From assembly GCA_963674755.2 (NCBI GenBank), contig CAXXVS010000001.1, positions 864,001 through 928,000 of the forward strand: DNA of 64,000 nucleotides. Direction: 5' to 3'. The position numbers and the translations under genes are program-made. The first letter of the stretch is position 1. The number at the start of each line of letters is the position of its first letter. The notes under the pieces are model-generated. The model ran no database searches, was not told where the DNA came from, and saw only the letters and a list, made by a program, of their open reading frames with translations. The DNA is from Desulfobacterales bacterium (GTDB lineage Bacteria; Desulfobacterota; Desulfobacteria; Desulfobacterales; UBA5852). Shown here in pieces: positions 1 through 10,015 of the stretch.

Positions 1-81
1 AGAACAAAATATGCTGATCAGATTAATTATTCTTCGTGCTCTTCGTGTACTTCATGGTGGATAGCTTTTAGGCCTTCGACG

Positions 82-1422
82 TTATTGAAGTAGCCGGAAC
101 GGCTGCTCGGGTGTCAAGGTCACGCTGAACATGACACGATTTTCAGTATACTCATTCAGGGGGTCGTCCGAATTCAAATCGCGGAATGTGTAGTCCAAAT
201 TGAGCACCATCCACCTTAGGGCTTGGTATTGCAAACCGGCTGCCGCCGTAATGGTTTTATCCGTTCGGCTGGGGATCTCATCCGGGTAATCATCCCAGCG
301 ATAGCCGACGCGTGTCGTGCCTGAAAAGCGGGGTGTAAAAGCGAATTCACCGCGCACGGCACCTTCGTAATAAACATTGAAACCGAGGTTTTCAACACCT
401 GTGTCAGCGACGTCAGTTCCGCTGAGTAAAGTGACACCAACAAGGCCGCGGCGGAAAGGCCAGACCTTATCCGCTAAAGCGGTCAGAATAAATCCATCGT
501 CGTTGCTGCCGCGGTCCAGATTTTGAAAATACCATCCGACTCCAATATCGATGCGGGTATTTTGGTCCAATTGATAATTTAACCCGACGGTGGGTTGATA
601 AACAACATAATCAATGTCTGTGGCAGTTTGCTCATCATAATTTAGAATCGTGTGCTCATACTGGGCATAAGCGTTCAAGTGGCGATCGAGGCGGCGGTTG
701 AGCCTTAAACGGCCATACCATTCCTCACTATCGTTTTCGTTTTTATAATCGTTATGGGAATAGTACAGATCCGTTTCAACGCCCCAGAAATTGGTGAGCC
801 AATAGGTGCCGCCTATTGAAGGTTCCCAGATATCGTTATCCGAGCTCTCATATAGTGTGTTATCAAGGTCTCTACGCAGACTGTACCTGTAGGCGGCATA
901 AACCGTATCTTCGGCACCAAAGCGGTGATCCAGCCTGAGGGTTGTCGCATTCTCGTAGTACTCACCAAGCCCTCTTCTATAAGGGTCGGCGGCAATATCA
1001 GGGGCTACCAGTGGGTCAGCGGAGGTTGCGCCGGCATAGTCGGTTCCCTCCAACGAGCCTCTTGTTCGAATATAGGCATTTCTTAATTCGATACTTGTGT
1101 TGGCCGTGAAGTTGTACCAGGTTCTAGCAAGGAGATCCTGGTTCCAGCCATCATATTCACTGTAGTCGTTATACCACTCGTAGGAAGGCAAATAGGTGAG
1201 TTCCAGCCCGGCTGTACGACCAAGCCACTCCAGCGTTCCTCCGAATGTGACTGTAGTGATATAGTCGTCTTGCTCGTTATTCGGCGCTAAAAATAGGTTG
1301 TCCGTATACGCTTCGCTGACCGTCACCACCGGTGTGAAGTTCAGTTGAGCGCTTTGTGCGCATGGGCTGAAGGCTAACACCAAGACAACCGCAATTGTTG
1401 GTAGTACCTGAGATTTAAGCAT
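82..1422 (-). CDS. Outer-membrane beta-barrel protein of EPS/PEP-CTERM loci (BBP2-like)
   Basis: Signal peptide after ATG at 1422 (GAGAGG upstream); N-terminal FTPVVTVSEAYTDNLF and C-terminal YTENRV beta-strand pattern; lies downstream of a wza-like gene. Confidence 0.8.
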   Translation of the reverse strand: MLKSQVLPTIAVVLVLAFSPCAQSAQLNFTPVVTVSEAYTDNLFLAPNNEQDDYITTVTFGGTLEWLGRTAGLELTYLPSYEWYNDYSEYDGWNQDLLARTWYNFTANTSIELRNAYIRTRGSLEGTDYAGATSADPLVAPDIAADPYRRGLGEYYENATTLRLDHRFGAEDTVYAAYRYSLRRDLDNTLYESSDNDIWEPSIGGTYWLTNFWGVETDLYYSHNDYKNENDSEEWYGRLRLNRRLDRHLNAYAQYEHTILNYDEQTATDIDYVVYQPTVGLNYQLDQNTRIDIGVGWYFQNLDRGSNDDGFILTALADKVWPFRRGLVGVTLLSGTDVADTGVENLGFNVYYEGAVRGEFAFTPRFSGTTRVGYRWDDYPDEIPSRTDKTITAAAGLQYQALRWMVLNLDYTFRDLNSDDPLNEYTENRVMFSVTLTPEQPFRLLQ

Positions 1423-1464
1423 GCCAAACCTCTCTTTTGGTTGTGGTGAAGGGTTGACGGTCAA

Positions 1465-1610
1465 CTAGTACCCATCCAGAAATGGCATCTTTTGGCCCCT
1501 GGCGGCGTTCTCGCCTCCTGTCGATCCTCGGCGTAGCCGGGCTACGCCTGTGGGCGCCAGTTTGCTGCGGCCTTGCCAGAAACCAAAATCTACCACCTCT
1601 GGATGGGCAC
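1465..1610 (+). repeat. Palindromic element, family C
   Basis: Termini CCCATCCAGA/TCTGGATGGG; core GGCGTAGCCGGGCTACGCC; near-identical to 18928-19113. Confidence 0.85.
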
Positions 1611-1689
1611 CGACTAGACAACAAGGCAACAGCCATTTTACCATGAATTGCACGAAGGGAGTACCATAGGACGTAGCAAGAAGGTGAAC

Positions 1690-1925
1690 GAGTTTGTTGG
1701 GTTTATTGAGTTGATAACGTTTATTGGGTTAAAACCGTGTGGGTGGTGCGTTGTATGTGGTGGGGCGTTGGTAGTGCGTTGTGGGGTTTAGATGGGGTTA
1801 TTGCCTTATCTACCCACGACCCACAACCTGCTTACCACGATCTTCAAAAACCCAACCAACTCAACCAACCCAACCAACCCAACCAACCCAACAAACTCGA
1901 CAAACTCAATGAACTCAACAAACTC
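1690..1925. repeat. Inverted pair of AACYCAAYN 9-mer arrays
   Basis: Reverse-orientation array at about 1690-1730; forward array of about 8.5 units at 1849-1925. Confidence 0.85.
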
Positions 1926-1931
1926 TGCCCG

Positions 1932-2504
1932 CTAGGGCACAATGATCGTGTCGTCGGCTTTGACGGGAACGTTTTGATCCAGGTTCTTGCCGTCGGCTAG
2001 TTCTTTGTAATCCACCCTGATGGTTACATCCTTGCCGTTTTCCCTTCGCAGCAGCAGGATTTCATCTTTGGAGGCCCATTCGGTGAAACCTCCTGCAAGC
2101 GCGAAGGCCTGTAAGACCGTCAGGTGTTTTGCCAGGGGGTATTCACCTGTATTGACAACTTCTCCAAGGATATAGAAGCGCTGGCTGCCGGAGGTCACGA
2201 TGGTCACCGTTACTTCAGGATTACTGACATAATCTTTCAGACCGGCTTCTAGGGATTTTTTGAGCTCTGTGGGGGTTAGTCCGGCCGCGCGGACATCGTT
2301 CAAGAGCGGAAAGCTGATAAAGCCGTCGGTTCTTACCAGCACTTCTTCACGGGAAAAGTCGGGTTCCTTCCAGGTGACGATTTCAAGCACATCGCCGCTG
2401 CCGATCCTGTAGGTACCGCCTTCACTTGCGGACCAAGCCGCAGACGGCAGGCCGGCAAGCACTAAAATAATAAGTGGAATCCAAATTCGTCGATAAATTT
2501 TCAT
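1932..2504 (-). CDS. Polysaccharide biosynthesis/export protein (Wza/Poly_export + SLBB)
   Basis: YRIGSGDVLEI, VRTDGFISFPLLNDVRAAGLT and LTVLQAFALAGGFT motifs; start moved to ATG at 2504 (GGGAG upstream). Confidence 0.9.
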   Translation of the reverse strand: MKIYRRIWIPLIILVLAGLPSAAWSASEGGTYRIGSGDVLEIVTWKEPDFSREEVLVRTDGFISFPLLNDVRAAGLTPTELKKSLEAGLKDYVSNPEVTVTIVTSGSQRFYILGEVVNTGEYPLAKHLTVLQAFALAGGFTEWASKDEILLLRRENGKDVTIRVDYKELADGKNLDQNVPVKADDTIIVP

Positions 2505-2586
2505 AGCTGGTCTCCCAGAGTTGTGGCTATCGGATAATAAATCAAAAACACGTTTTACCACGAAGAGCACGAAGGCCATGAAGAAA

Positions 2587-2716
2587 GATGATTTCGTAAA
2601 ACTCCCCTAATGGTGTCGTTTCATCATCCCTGTGCAGGCGGGGATCTAGTCATTTTAGATCGATCTGGACTCCCACCTCCGCGGGAGTGACGGCTTGAGC
2701 CTTTTACGATTCCATC
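2587..2716. repeat. Family D element: GATG..CGTAAAA/TTTTACG..CATC shell with REP-doublet-like interior
   Basis: 130 bp; interior TCATCCC..GCGGGGATC...GGACTCCC..CGCGGGAGTGAC. Confidence 0.7.
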
Positions 2717-3085
2717 GTTTATTAGGAATGGCCCTATTTGAAGGGGGCTTTGCGTGTTACCGTTGCGCATAGCTCCGCCCTTTGAATTACAGACAGGAGA
2801 AATTCATAAGGGATTGAAATGTAATAAAAAAAATTAAAAATACAGTGACTATGACGCGATCGAGTGTCTTTGTCGAAAAGCACCATTTTTGCTGTTCAAA
2901 TACAATCAGTATGTTGAGCAGTAAGGGCATATTCTTGGTGTAGAATAAATTACAATTCAACTCCTCAACAGTTTTTCAGCCTCCTCCCTAAATCTACCGC
3001 CAATCAACCTGTCCTCAATATAGCCGGAACCTCATAGATGCTTTGTCGACAGACACGAAGTGCATGGGATCGTGTCCGTAACACA

Positions 3086-4042
3086 TCAAGTTGGTTTTTC
3101 AGAACCGTAATAGTTGTACTGGGAATACTTCCCTTTCCCATAGAGATACGTTGAGCCTTTATCCATCCAATTGGCCACTACACCAAGAATTTTATCCTTT
3201 TGGAATTTATCCACCAGCTCCGCTATAAGGTCACGGTTGGTGCGCCCGAATTTGACCACCAGAAGGATGCCGTCCACGAATTGGGCCAGGGCTTTGCTTT
3301 CCGCGGTCAGGTGGGGCGGCGGGGAATCGATGATGATATATCGATCGTCATAGCGCGAGCGGACTTCCCTGAGCAGGGCCAGCATACGATTGGACGACAG
3401 CAATTCGGCCGGATTGGATGGCGCCGGGCCGCCGGGTAAAATGGATAGATGGTTGTTGCCGGTCCGAATCAGGAGTTCGGGCAGGGTGGCTTCTCCCACC
3501 AGATAGTTGCTCAATCCCGGCACATTTTCGTAGCCAAAAATCTTGTGAACCGTCGGCCGGCGCATATCGCAATCGATCAACAGCACATGCTTATCGATAT
3601 TCTGGGCAATGGTCAGCGCCAGATTGCTGGACACGAATGATTTACCCTCTCCCGGAAGGGCACTGGTTACCAGAATGGTCCTTGGTGAGGGCTTTCCCCC
3701 GGAAGGAAACAGGATGTTGGTTCGCAGCATTCGAAATTGCTCGGCTTCAAAAGACTGGGGGCTGTGGTAAGCGATCAGGTTTTTATCAAAACGGTGCGGT
3801 GGGCGTGGTGCAACAAAATTCGTTTCTATCGCGGGACGTTCTGTATCCGCGGTAAGGGGAGGCGTTAGGTCCGCAGGCCCGGCTGATTTTTCAGACACCT
3901 CCCTGTCAGGTACCCCATCTTTCTCATCAGGATTAGGGATTGCTTCATTATCTGTAACCGCGTCTGAATCGGTAACCAAGGATGGCTTTGAAGTGGTTTT
4001 GCCTTCATCCGATTTTTGCAGTGCTTCAAAAAATTTACCCAC
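3086..4042 (-). CDS. CpsD/CapB-family bacterial tyrosine autokinase
   Basis: AEQFRMLRTNI, Walker A GEGKS, LLIDCDMRRP, IIIDSPP and a Tyr-rich C-terminus. Confidence 0.93.
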   Translation of the reverse strand: MGKFFEALQKSDEGKTTSKPSLVTDSDAVTDNEAIPNPDEKDGVPDREVSEKSAGPADLTPPLTADTERPAIETNFVAPRPPHRFDKNLIAYHSPQSFEAEQFRMLRTNILFPSGGKPSPRTILVTSALPGEGKSFVSSNLALTIAQNIDKHVLLIDCDMRRPTVHKIFGYENVPGLSNYLVGEATLPELLIRTGNNHLSILPGGPAPSNPAELLSSNRMLALLREVRSRYDDRYIIIDSPPPHLTAESKALAQFVDGILLVVKFGRTNRDLIAELVDKFQKDKILGVVANWMDKGSTYLYGKGKYSQYNYYGSEKPT

Positions 4043-4057
4043 AGTAAATGCCTCTGT

Positions 4058-5620
4058 TTAAATAAAGATATCTTTTATTGTTGTCACGATGGAGAGGGGC
4101 CCATCGATACCTTTCAGGACAAGCAATGTAAACACAGCAAACATCATACTGGTTGCCACCAGGGCGATGCCAGTGGCGATCCAATTAACGGTTTTAAGAA
4201 TGCGTTTCCTGGGGTCTTCTATGAGGGGTATCATTGCGATGGTCGGCAGCCCGAGGGTGAGCTCCACCTCTTTGGGGGATCGGAATCCGGCATTCATATA
4301 TTCCAGGAGAAAGATAATGCCGCCGCCAAGACCGATTCCCACGGCAATCGTCACAAGGAAAAGTATTTTCATGTTCGGTTGCACCGGACGCTTCGGCAGG
4401 CGCGCTCGATCCAGGACGCGAAATTGTTCGCCTTTTTGTTTACGCTCCATGTTGACGGCGATGTCGGCTTCAAGTTTGCGGTTCAACAAAGAGCTGTACG
4501 ACGCCTGCATGTTTTCATAGTCCCGCTGCAAGGCCAACAATTCTTGCTCCCTTTTAGGGGTCGATTCTACCCGTCTTTGATAAGAGGCGATTTCAGACTG
4601 GATACGGCCGATATCGTCGGAAATATTATTGATTTCACGGCGGACGTCGGTGATTTCGACAGGTTCGATGCGGGCCGTCGACGACCCGGAACCGGAAGAA
4701 CCGGAATTGGCCTCCAACTCCTTAATTTGCTGTTTGAGTTTGATGATGTCCGGGTGTTTGTCCGTATAGCGGGATTGCAGTCGGGCCAATTCCGCCCGAA
4801 GGGCGGCCGGGTCCAAAGGATCCGGCTCCCGCGGTCCGGCATCACCCGCCCCCTGACCCGTCAACAGCCCGGCCGAGGCCTGATTCTGCAGACTGGTCAA
4901 CCGCGATCGGGCGTCCCTCAGACTTTCCTGCTGTGCGGTCAGTTGCTCTTGGAGGCGATCCAGGACACGCAAATTGGTTTCCAACTGTTCGGGCAACTCA
5001 CCCATATTGCTCGTTCGAAATGCTTCCAGCGCCTTTTCCTTCTGCTCGAGTTTGCGGCGCATGGATTCGAGTTCCGTCTCGAGAAAGTCGCTTGTACCAG
5101 TAGCCTGCGATTCCCGGGCTTTTAAATTTTCATCGATGAAATAGGTTGCCAGGGTGTTGGTGATATTCATCACCTTTTCCGGGTTTCGGCCCCGGTAGGT
5201 GATCGAGAACGCATTGGTTTCCCTGCGGTTTTGCGTCACTTCGATATTAATATCTTTTTTTAAGGCCTCGACCTTGTCTTCCAAAAACATGTTTTCGAAT
5301 TCAGGGCCTTTGTAAAGCCCGAACTCGTTGATAATTTTTTCCAGATTGGTGCGGCTCAAAATTTGTTGGGAAAGGGTGCTAATACGATCTGCGACTTCTT
5401 CCGTCGACACAACGGCCTGCACGTAGCTGGTGGGCACCCTTTGGGGTTCGATCAATATCAGGGTTTGAGCTTCATACACTTTGGGCAGTTTGATTGCGAG
5501 AATGGATCCCACAACCAAAGCCACCATCAAAGGGATAATCAAAAACCATCGGCGCTGAATGACAGTTTTGATGATGTAATCCGGTTTGAGGAATTCTTGC
5601 GGTATGGTTTCTTCTTGCAC
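4058..5620 (-). CDS. Polysaccharide chain-length determinant (Wzz/GumC family)
   Basis: Two TM segments around a coiled coil; PKVYEAQTLIL, YTDKHPDII and GEQFRVLDRARLPKRPVQPN motifs. Confidence 0.92.
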   Translation of the reverse strand: MQEETIPQEFLKPDYIIKTVIQRRWFLIIPLMVALVVGSILAIKLPKVYEAQTLILIEPQRVPTSYVQAVVSTEEVADRISTLSQQILSRTNLEKIINEFGLYKGPEFENMFLEDKVEALKKDINIEVTQNRRETNAFSITYRGRNPEKVMNITNTLATYFIDENLKARESQATGTSDFLETELESMRRKLEQKEKALEAFRTSNMGELPEQLETNLRVLDRLQEQLTAQQESLRDARSRLTSLQNQASAGLLTGQGAGDAGPREPDPLDPAALRAELARLQSRYTDKHPDIIKLKQQIKELEANSGSSGSGSSTARIEPVEITDVRREINNISDDIGRIQSEIASYQRRVESTPKREQELLALQRDYENMQASYSSLLNRKLEADIAVNMERKQKGEQFRVLDRARLPKRPVQPNMKILFLVTIAVGIGLGGGIIFLLEYMNAGFRSPKEVELTLGLPTIAMIPLIEDPRKRILKTVNWIATGIALVATSMMFAVFTLLVLKGIDGPLSIVTTIKDIFI

Positions 5621-5655
5621 GATCTTGATCCCTAATTGTTGGGGGAAAATAAATT

Positions 5656-5785
5656 GATGGAGTTGAAAAAGGGCCCCGAGGCGTCATTTTCTCGTCGGGG
5701 GGATATAGAACGAACTAAGATACCGGATCCCCGTCTTCGCGGCGATGACAATACAGCGCCATCAAAGACTTTTTACGGCCTCATC
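5656..5785. repeat. Family D element
   Basis: 130 bp; GTCAT..GGGGGAT...GGATCCCCGTCTTCGCGGCGATGAC..GACTTTTTACGGCCTCATC. Confidence 0.7.
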
Positions 5786-6105
5786 AAATTGGAATTACGC
5801 CCTCATATTGGTATGTTACCGCAGGATAGCCTATTCGGAAAGGGGAAATATGCCTCGATTGCCAATTGACCGAATTCAAACGGTGTCTTGCGGTCCATAT
5901 GGTGTTTCACAAACGTTGCGGTGTTTATCCATACCCCAATTTACAATTTCTCGATTAATGACAGTTAACTTACCATGGCAAATCAAAAGTATCAAAACCT
6001 AATACGGGTTAGGGGTCGGTAATGTAGTTGAGGGCACGATCCGAATTAGATGCAAAAACGAAAAATGTTTTCCCGTAAGCGGAAAATGATCGAAATACAC
6101 TTCTA

Positions 6106-6122
6106 TGCAATAGGCGAGCCAA
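6106..6122 (-). promoter_or_regulatory. Sigma-54 promoter for the EPS operon
   Basis: Minus strand TTGGCTCGCCTATTGCA = GG-N10-GC with consensus flanks; a sigma-54 activator gene is adjacent. Confidence 0.7.
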
Positions 6123-6364
6123 TTTTCATCTTCGGGTGTTTTTCTTGAAAACTTAAAAAATTTACAATATTTTGATATGATAGTAAAAATTACCAATACG
6201 GGATAAATTATGCGCCGCGATCACCTTTGGATTATATTTTGGAGTTAAGTCATTTCCACGGTCGAGTATGCTAATAGATCTTGACACAAGCGAAAGATAT
6301 TCCTATATGAAAAAAAGTTCATAGTTGTCTTACCACACCCCTAATCCACATCCGGGAATCGATC

Positions 6365-6742
6365 ATGACACCCAACGCTTCGGCACGCTTGTTGATCATC
6401 GAGGACAATGAGGAAGTTCTGCGGTCGCTCAAGAAATATTTTACCAAAAAGAATTATGATGTTGTGACCGCCTCCAACGGTCTGGACGGGCTCAAGGCCT
6501 ATGAAAATGACCCCGGCGGTTTCGATCTCATCATTACCGATCTTGTGATGCCCAACATCAGCGGCGTGGCCATTATTTCGCTGGTGAAAAAAAAGTCACC
6601 GTCCACGCCCGTCATTGCCATTACCGGATGGGGTGAGCATCCTGAGGCTCTCGCCACGGAAGCCCAGGCCGACCTGGTATTGGAAAAGCCTATCGAGCTG
6701 GATAAGATGGACCAGTTTATCAACGACTTGCTGAACAAATAG
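6365..6742 (+). CDS. Single-domain response regulator
   Basis: LLIIEDN, DLIITDLVMP, ITG and KP receiver motifs. Confidence 0.9.
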   Translation: MTPNASARLLIIEDNEEVLRSLKKYFTKKNYDVVTASNGLDGLKAYENDPGGFDLIITDLVMPNISGVAIISLVKKKSPSTPVIAITGWGEHPEALATEAQADLVLEKPIELDKMDQFINDLLNK

Positions 6743-6810
6743 ATGGTCTAACGCAAAATATAACCCCTTTTTTGTGCAACCTACGTTTTCGTGTCAAAAA
6801 AAGCCATCCT

Positions 6811-7860
6811 ATGAGTCCTCACAAGGTACAACAAAAAGCTCCGACCATTATTGGTGCAAGTCAGGCGATCGAGAGAATCCGTGATCTGATTGCCCATGTG
6901 GCCGATACCGGCCTCAATATTCTGATTTGCGGGGAAAGCGGGGTGGGCAAAGAGGTTGTCGCCCAGAACCTTTACCAACAATCCCCCCGCAACCACCGGC
7001 CGTTTCTCAAAATCAACTGTGCGGCACTCCCCGACGGGTTGCTGGAAAGCGAGTTGTTCGGTCACGAGCAGGGCGCGTTTACCGGGGCAGAGCGCAAGAA
7101 GCGCGGGAAATTCGAGCTGGCCAATGGCGGGGTGCTCCTGTTGGATGAAATCGGCGATATGTCGATCGCCCTGCAGGCCAAACTCCTGCATGTCCTGCAA
7201 AGCGGCGAGTTTTCACCGCTGGGCTCCGAAAAGGAAGTCCACACCGATACCTGGGTGCTGGCGGCCACCAACCATGAGCTGGAAGAGGACATCCGCAAGG
7301 ACAAATTCAGGGAAGACCTTTATTACCGGCTGAATATCATCAAGATCCTCATTCCGTCTCTGCGGGAACGGCCGGAGGACATCCCGCCGCTCATCGAACA
7401 TTTCGTCAACGAGTACGCCTACCAATTCCAGGCCGGACGCATCAACATACCGGCCAATGCTGTCATCGCCAAGCTTTGTGAATACCACTGGCCCGGGAAT
7501 GTGCGCGAACTGCAAAATATCCTCAAACGCGGGTTTGCCTTGGGCAACTGGGATGAAATCCTTGACGAGCTGTTCCGTCACGCGCCTGAACCCAGTTTTG
7601 CCATGCGCAGCAGCGCGCCCATGGGCAGGTCCTCATCGGTGAGCGCGCTCACCGGACTGGATTACCAAAATATTGATCTGGAAGATTTGTCGCTCAAGGA
7701 AATTACCCGGTCGGTTCAGGATCGGGTGGAGCGGGAGGTCATCACCTATGTGCTGGAAAAGACCGGCTGGAACCGCAGCAAAGCCAGCCGCATTTTGAAA
7801 ATCAGCTATAAGGCGCTGCTGTATAAGATCAAAGATTTGAATATCATCGTTCCCCACTGA
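6811..7860 (+). CDS. Sigma-54-dependent activator (AAA+ plus Fis HTH, no N-terminal sensor)
   Basis: GESGVGKE, GAFTGA, LLDEIG, WPGNVRELQN and GWNRSKASRILKIS motifs. Confidence 0.92.
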   Translation: MSPHKVQQKAPTIIGASQAIERIRDLIAHVADTGLNILICGESGVGKEVVAQNLYQQSPRNHRPFLKINCAALPDGLLESELFGHEQGAFTGAERKKRGKFELANGGVLLLDEIGDMSIALQAKLLHVLQSGEFSPLGSEKEVHTDTWVLAATNHELEEDIRKDKFREDLYYRLNIIKILIPSLRERPEDIPPLIEHFVNEYAYQFQAGRINIPANAVIAKLCEYHWPGNVRELQNILKRGFALGNWDEILDELFRHAPEPSFAMRSSAPMGRSSSVSALTGLDYQNIDLEDLSLKEITRSVQDRVEREVITYVLEKTGWNRSKASRILKISYKALLYKIKDLNIIVPH

Positions 7861-7988
7861 GGGACAGTTTCGTAAAACGCCCGATATCTGCGTTACGCTT
7901 CACCCCTCGTCGTTGCGGCGTACCTGATGTACACCTCTCTCCTCGCGGCTCGCAAGCCTTGATCTCGAACGTTTTACGAAATTGTCCC
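7861..7988 (+). repeat. Palindromic dispersed element, family A, copy 1
   Basis: 19-bp terminal inverted repeat (1 G.T pair) around core GCGTT..GCGGCGTACCTGATGTAC..GCCTTGATCT. Confidence 0.85.
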
Positions 7989-8149
7989 TATGGGACACAG
8001 ATGTTCACCGCTGGCCCCTGAGGAATGCGCGCAAAAAATAACGAAGAGATGCCAATTCAGAAAAACACGATCCCGATTTTGATGAAAGGCTGTGTGTTTT
8101 GCCTCCAGCCTATAATCCACCCACAACACACAACCCACGGTTTTTAGCC

Positions 8150-8225
8150 AACCCAACCAACCCAATAAACCCAATAAACCCAACAAACTCAACAAACTCA
8201 ACAAACTCAATAACCCCATTGAACC
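8150..8225 (+). repeat. AACYCAAYN 9-mer array
   Basis: About 8 tandem units. Confidence 0.85.
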
Positions 8226-8310
8226 CACCACTCACAGCTTTTACCTACAGCCTAATAGCCGACCACCTGCCATACCCCCATTTTCTTCATGACCTTCATG
8301 GTAAGTCTCT

Positions 8311-8703
8311 CTATTGGTCGTTATTGCCCGAATAGCCGCTGCCCGGTGTCCCAGGAACGTCCTCCACGGGTTCGACCCTTTCCGAGATGAGGGTCAACAA
8401 ACGGATGATTTCGCGATTTTGCTCGATGATTTGATCGTATTTATCCGCCAGTTCCCCCTGACGCGACAGCATTTCCTGGTTTTGCTGATAAATAAGCCCC
8501 ATGGAGCGCGTCGTATAGAGCGCTCCCAAGGCCGCTTGGCGCGTGGGGTAATCGGTTCCCACCGAACTGTTGGGTGCGGGAACCAGGGCTTCATAATCAT
8601 TGTCCATGGACTGAATCAGCTCTTCCATGGGGTCGGCGAATACGTAAACCGCGGCTGATAGTACGGCTAAGACCATTATCAACATCATGCTTCGTTTCAT
8701 CAT
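8311..8703 (-). CDS. Exported hypothetical protein with short coiled coil; last gene of the T2SS-like operon
   Basis: Signal peptide, GGGAG ribosome-binding site, clean ORF. Confidence 0.7.
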   Translation of the reverse strand: MMKRSMMLIMVLAVLSAAVYVFADPMEELIQSMDNDYEALVPAPNSSVGTDYPTRQAALGALYTTRSMGLIYQQNQEMLSRQGELADKYDQIIEQNREIIRLLTLISERVEPVEDVPGTPGSGYSGNNDQ

Positions 8704-8721
8704 AGCTCCCGAATGGTTAAA

Positions 8722-8802
8722 TAGTGCTCATCCATAAATGGCATCTTTTGGCCCCGGCCCGCCGCCGGCGGACCGGGTCCCTGAATAGAGATAAGTCCAC
8801 CT
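8722..8802 (+). repeat. Family C element, left half only
   Basis: TAGTGCTCATCCATAAATGGCATCTTTTGGCCCC. Confidence 0.75.
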
Positions 8803-8809
8803 TTTTTCA

Positions 8810-9301
8810 TCATTTCCCCGGCACATAGATAAATGTCCAGTCCTCATAGGTTTTAGCCGTTTCAAACCCCTTGTCTTCTTGGCTGAAATTCCCCACTTTT
8901 AAAGGCTCACCCTGGCTGGCGCTACGAACCCCTTTGATCCTTTTTGAGGCATCCAATACATAGACCCAATCGCCGTCGCGGGTCATGGGGTCGGGATACC
9001 ACTTGCGCAGGTACCGTTTGAGATTCGGATAGCGGGGATCCTTCAGCAGATCGCTGAATTGGCGTGGGTAGGTCTTGCTTTGCCCTCCGGGGGGATTGTT
9101 GTAGTAGGCGGCGATGGCGTTGCGGATCTGATCCCCGCGATAGAGGAGTTCGGCCTCGCGTTCCCGTTTGGCAGTGGTGCTCCAATAGCGCCCGGCGCCG
9201 AGGAGGGCGACGCTCATGACGGCGACCAGGATCAGCACCCCCAAATACGAAAACCCTGATCGGTTGCGCCAGAGGGCCAAGCTCGGCGTTGCACGGCGCA
9301 T
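8810..9301 (-). CDS. Minor pseudopilin (class III signal G|FSY, no Glu5); true start uncertain, ORF open upstream to 10210
   Basis: RSG|FSYLGVLILVAVMSVALL, REREAELLYRGDQIRNAI and YLRKWYPDPMT motifs; nearest ATG (9301) lies inside a palindromic repeat. Confidence 0.8.
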   Translation of the reverse strand: MRRATPSLALWRNRSGFSYLGVLILVAVMSVALLGAGRYWSTTAKREREAELLYRGDQIRNAIAAYYNNPPGGQSKTYPRQFSDLLKDPRYPNLKRYLRKWYPDPMTRDGDWVYVLDASKRIKGVRSASQGEPLKVGNFSQEDKGFETAKTYEDWTFIYVPGK

Positions 9302-10015
9302 CTCGTCGCTGCGGCGTACTGATGTACGCCTCGTTCCTCGACGCTTGTGCGCCTTGATCTTGGCCCTCTGGCGCAACCGATCGGCGATATTTGAGAGTAG
9401 GAACTTGAAATTTTGGCCGCTGGTATTCTGCGCAATCATTTGAGAATATTCACTGCTCGGCGTTGCACGGCGCATCTCGTCGCTGCGGCGTACTGATGTA
9501 CGCCTCGTTCCTCGACGCTTGTGCGCCTTGATCTTGGCCCTCTGGCGCAACCGATCGGCGATATTTGAGAGTAGGAACTTGAAATTTTGGCCGCTGGTAT
9601 TCTGCGCAATCATTTGAGAATATTCACTGCTCGGCGTTGCACGGCGCATCTCGTCGCTGCGGCGTACTGATGTACGCCTCGTTTCTCGATCCTTGTGTGC
9701 CTTGATCTTGTCCCTCTGGCGCAACCGATCAGCCGTATTGATGAGCAGGAGCGTAAAACTGTGACCGTTTATATTCTGTGTAATCGCGGGCGTGTAATAA
9801 CAGCCCTGTGTTGCACGGTGCGCCTCGTCGTTGCGGTGTACTGATGTACGCCTCTCTTCTCGGGGCTTGCGCGCCTTGACCTTGGCCTTATGGCGAAACC
9901 ACTCTGCGGAGTTTGAGGGCAAGTGAACAACACTGCCCTGGCCTTGAGCGCATTGCACAATCGTTTGGTGGTACGGGTTAGCCGGCGTTGCACAGCGCAT
10001 CTCGTCGCTGCGGTT
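9258..10015 (+). repeat. Family A element (9258-9382) amplified into a 174-bp tandem array (about 4.2 units)
   Basis: Unit starts at 9281, 9455, 9629, 9803 and 9980; perfect 24-bp IR at 9258-9281 / 9359-9382. Confidence 0.92.

Noticed and set aside
1737..2000. Small ORFs with NQP/LLS repeats (also 7974-8231, 8099-8335, 10211-10828)
   Set aside because: Translations of the 9-mer arrays or antisense overlaps; no independent coding evidence
2715..2790. c-di-GMP-I (GEMM) riboswitch on the minus strand (contains ACGCAAAGCC)
   Set aside because: P2 pairs poorly, the GGCAAA/GAAA elements and P1 closure are missing; an Rfam scan would settle it
9258..10015. CRISPR array
   Set aside because: Units are 174 bp, the intervening segments are homologous or identical to each other, and no cas genes are present
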